This document shows, in pieces, positions 61,276 through 64,000 of a stretch of 64,000 bases of DNA. The notes under the pieces are model-generated. The model was not told the origin of the DNA. It ran no database searches and worked only from the letters and a program-made list of their open reading frames with translations. The DNA is taken from the NCBI GenBank assembly GCA_000165345.1, contig CM000429.1, positions 544,001 through 608,000 on the forward strand, given 5' to 3'. Within the stretch, counting starts at the first letter, position 1. Each line of letters starts with the position of its first letter. Made by a program: the position numbers and the translations under genes.

Positions 61276-64000
61276 TTAATTACTAATAGGAACATCCTCT
61301 TGTTGGAGATGTAGGCGAATAACTATATTCATTGCTGCAAGCTCATTTGAAAGATATCTAAAGATATATGGAAGCGTAATAATTCTGCAGGGAGATTTAC
61401 AAACCCTACAAACCGCAATAGGTGGGATGCAATTTGAAAGCTTGCTACTAGACATTGATTGTGCCATAGCCCTCTTTGAAATGGAAGAGATTATAAGTCC
61501 GCATTTTGGACAAACATATGCTCTGTGCTCGTCTGAGCAAATAAGTAACCTATCAACAAGAATAGAGCTGACACCATACGAAATTAGAGAGTCTCTTTCC
61601 ATCTCTCCAAATCTAATACCACCATGTCTTTTTCTTCCCTTAACAGGCTGTCTAGTTAACGCGTCAATTGGACCGGTTGCTCTAACTTGAGCCTTATCAG
61701 CAACCATATGACGAAGTCTTTGATAATAAATAACTCCCATAAAGATATGACATGGGAGCTCTACTCCCGTCATTCCATTATAAAGTGGTTCGCACCCATA
61801 ATATTGGAAACCTGCTCTTTCTAAAGCTTTACCAAAGTAGTCCACAGTAGTCTTTTCACCCGCTTTGTCATCCTCGCAATTCTCTTCAGATCTTGAAAGA
61901 TCATCAGAAATATTAATGTTGAATGGAGTTGCATCCAAACTTCTTGCTCCATGAATACAAGCTGCTTTTCCTCCCATAGACTCTAAGAGCATACCGATAG
62001 TCATACGAGAAGGAAAACCATGCGGATTGAATAGAATATCAGGAACCATACCAGATTCGCTAAATGGCATGTTTTCTTGTGGCCAAAGCATTGAAAGAAT
62101 ACCTTTTTGGCCATGTCTAGAGGCAAATTTATCACCAACCATAGGATTTCTTACGATTCTTAGTTTGATAGACACCTTTTCTCCGTAACCAGAAGAACTT
62201 GAAGCCCCATCTCCTCCCCCTCCACTTAAAGAATCTTGTTGAAGTTCAATAGAAATCCCGCTAGCTATCCTATTAATTTTCTCGACAAATGCAACCTCAT
62301 CGTCATGATAAGTTTGAATAGTTGCATTGGAAGGGCCCCCTCCAGAACCTATACGTTCAACCCTACATATTGGTGAGCCTTTTGTAAGTCTTTGGCCAAT
62401 ATTAGGAAGCCCATCTGCTGAAAGCTCTTTAACAACTAGCTCACCGTCTGGCCCAATATTATGAAAGAAGTAGCTTTCTGCATCACTCTTTTTTGTAGCA
62501 CTAGGAGGAGCTGCTGAAATGATTTTGGTTTTATAGACACAGGCATGGAACATTCCTCTATCATAAGATGATTTGTTAAGAATCATAGCATCCTCCATAT
62601 CATAACCTGAATATGACATTACAGCAACGATTGCATTTGTTCCAGTTGGATATTCAGAAAAACCAAAGGATGAATATCCTTTAGTAATAATAGTTGGCTC
62701 TTGAGGAGTTAAAAGCCTATACATCTTATTGTCGGTTCTATATGGGTGGTTAAGGCAAGGAGTACCCATTGTTTGTTTAAGCATCTGGCACTGATACATA
62801 TTTCTTGGACTTTGGTTATGGTGAGCATAAGGAATAAGGCTTGCAGTAACTGATAGAATTGTTGATGGATGGAGCTCCATGTGAGTGTAGTTAACCGGTA
62901 CAGATGAAAGCACTCTGTCATTATCTTTAATTAGTTTCTTTAAAGCTTTAAGGTCGTTTTTTAGCTGTTCTTCAGACTCAGTATCCGAAATACCAATTAA
63001 TCTTTTTTGAATTTCAAGGAGTTTTGTTGATTTACGAGTCTCTTCTTCCGTTACACCAATATTCATCCATGGTTGGCCAAGCGGCCCAATCCAGTCTACT
63101 TGAGCAGTCTCAAGGTGCATAATTGGTCTTACAAGTCTTCCAGGAGCGGTGAAAATGTAAATTCCTGAAAACATACCAGAATCTGGTGGAACACATGCTA
63201 TTTCTGCATGAACCGGTAATACAGAGGGGTTTGTTTGCCACTTTAAGGTTCTTAATTTATTTTCCCATACCATAAAATCTTCTCTCGGGATATGAAATAA
63301 AACTCTACCATCTAGCATTACAGGAATGGATTTTGTTAAATCTGGTGAATATAAATCATCTCTTGAAGATGACTCTATACCCCAAGTTGAAGAAAGAGAT
63401 CCCAGCCCATCATCGCATGAAATACCATGTGAAATTAAATAATTTCTTAATCGTCTGAGAGTTTCTTGTGAATCCCATTGAGTCACAGGAATACAATCCT
63501 GGGAAAGATGGAGAAGTAAACCGCATGGCTCACCGTCAGGAGTATGTACTGGACAAAGAAATCCCCATGTTTCACCTGTTAATTTTCTGACATCCGTAGT
63601 CTTCATAGTGGTAAAAAACTGTCCTCTATGTACAGCTCTAAAATGGGATAGAAATCTATTAAAATTTAGTCTATCTGCAACAACAGTCCATCCTGATAGT
63701 TGTTGAAGGTCCAATTGAGTGGTTTTCACATTACCTGTTGCCATAAAATATTGGAGACGCTTAGGTATCATGGAAATATTTTTTGATAAAACTGATTTAA
63801 AGTATGCTGTATCTCGAAGCAGGTTAACACCATTTTTACTCTCTTTATTCTTTTCACCACTTTTAGATCTTATCTCAATCAAATATGTAGACCTTATCTT
63901 TTGTAGAAATGAAAAAATTGCATCTTTAAATAGTGCTGAGTATAGGTTTCCTGGAGATAATAATTCTTGATACGCAAAAGAATCTATAGACTCTTCACGA
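61276..64000 (-). CDS. DNA-directed RNA polymerase I second-largest subunit (RPA2/A135), partial (N-terminus beyond window)
   Basis: The minus-strand frame is open to the window edge. The ORF-track start at 63882 is only the first TTG in that frame. The conserved blocks are FRAVHRGQFF, GETWGFLCPVHTPDGEPCGLLLHLS, GKAACIHG, GGIRFGEMERD and a Pol I-type C-terminus (CPKCG...LPYIFRYLSNELAAMNI). Compare A135 VPYVFRYFVAELAAMNI. Confidence 0.9.
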   Translation of the reverse strand, partial: REESIDSFAYQELLSPGNLYSALFKDAIFSFLQKIRSTYLIEIRSKSGEKNKESKNGVNLLRDTAYFKSVLSKNISMIPKRLQYFMATGNVKTTQLDLQQLSGWTVVADRLNFNRFLSHFRAVHRGQFFTTMKTTDVRKLTGETWGFLCPVHTPDGEPCGLLLHLSQDCIPVTQWDSQETLRRLRNYLISHGISCDDGLGSLSSTWGIESSSRDDLYSPDLTKSIPVMLDGRVLFHIPREDFMVWENKLRTLKWQTNPSVLPVHAEIACVPPDSGMFSGIYIFTAPGRLVRPIMHLETAQVDWIGPLGQPWMNIGVTEEETRKSTKLLEIQKRLIGISDTESEEQLKNDLKALKKLIKDNDRVLSSVPVNYTHMELHPSTILSVTASLIPYAHHNQSPRNMYQCQMLKQTMGTPCLNHPYRTDNKMYRLLTPQEPTIITKGYSSFGFSEYPTGTNAIVAVMSYSGYDMEDAMILNKSSYDRGMFHACVYKTKIISAAPPSATKKSDAESYFFHNIGPDGELVVKELSADGLPNIGQRLTKGSPICRVERIGSGGGPSNATIQTYHDDEVAFVEKINRIASGISIELQQDSLSGGGGDGASSSSGYGEKVSIKLRIVRNPMVGDKFASRHGQKGILSMLWPQENMPFSESGMVPDILFNPHGFPSRMTIGMLLESMGGKAACIHGARSLDATPFNINISDDLSRSEENCEDDKAGEKTTVDYFGKALERAGFQYYGCEPLYNGMTGVELPCHIFMGVIYYQRLRHMVADKAQVRATGPIDALTRQPVKGRKRHGGIRFGEMERDSLISYGVSSILVDRLLICSDEHRAYVCPKCGLIISSISKRAMAQSMSSSKLSNCIPPIAVCRVCKSPCRIITLPYIFRYLSNELAAMNIVIRLHLQQEDVPISN

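Noticed and set aside
1-64000. Prokaryote-style features (CRISPR arrays, IS elements, operons, rho-independent terminators)
   Set aside because: The sequence is eukaryotic nuclear DNA, with spliceosomal introns, a Pol III tRNA with a T-run terminator and eukaryote-specific complexes. No direct-repeat/spacer arrays or transposase ORFs were seen.

Overview
This window is a strongly AT-rich, compact stretch of nuclear chromosome from a eukaryotic protist. The gene content and sequence style fit a Cryptosporidium-like apicomplexan, but that is an inference from composition and gene set, not a database match. I found about 33 protein-coding genes on both strands, one tRNA-Val(CAC), and no prokaryotic features (no CRISPR, operons or IS elements). 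Intergenic spacers are mostly 60-700 bp.

Identified housekeeping genes:
- Secretion: SRP68, an Arf/SR-beta-like GTPase.
- Transcription: TAF5, RPB3, Pol I subunit RPA2 (partial, runs off the window end).
- Splicing: Prp2/DHX16, PUF60, SmF.
- Degradation and ubiquitin: proteasome beta6, APC11, Pirh2-type E3.
- Transport: CAX antiporter, CTR copper transporter, Tom40.
- Other: PTPA, PDK1, NatB/Naa20, Bud23, MetAP1, OLA1, a ZW10-like tether.

Several large low-complexity proteins are also present: a divergent kinesin-like protein, a filamin-repeat protein, an alpha/beta-hydrolase fusion, and a 2087-aa membrane-anchored giant.

The main result of the hunt is that the supplied ORF track mis-describes at least eight genes. 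The track starts ORFs at TTG/GTG as well as ATG. The locus also uses short spliceosomal introns of 44-63 nt with GTAAGT/GTAAGG donors and a pyrimidine-rich YAG acceptor. They are biased to the 5' end and often follow a micro-exon of 3-24 codons. Reading across these introns recovers:
- a complete SmF snRNP gene that the track splits into noise,
- a 4-exon gene joining two separate ORFs,
- a new 3-exon gene,
- missing N-termini for Bud23 and PDK1,
- the missing C-terminus of an actin-related protein,
- an interrupted proteasome beta subunit.

Other items worth a second look are an unusually long 1.6-kb ORF-free interval, a GC-rich structured island inside a divergent promoter, and the giant TM-anchored protein as a candidate bridge-like lipid-transfer protein.

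All coordinates come from manual reading and may be off by a base or two.
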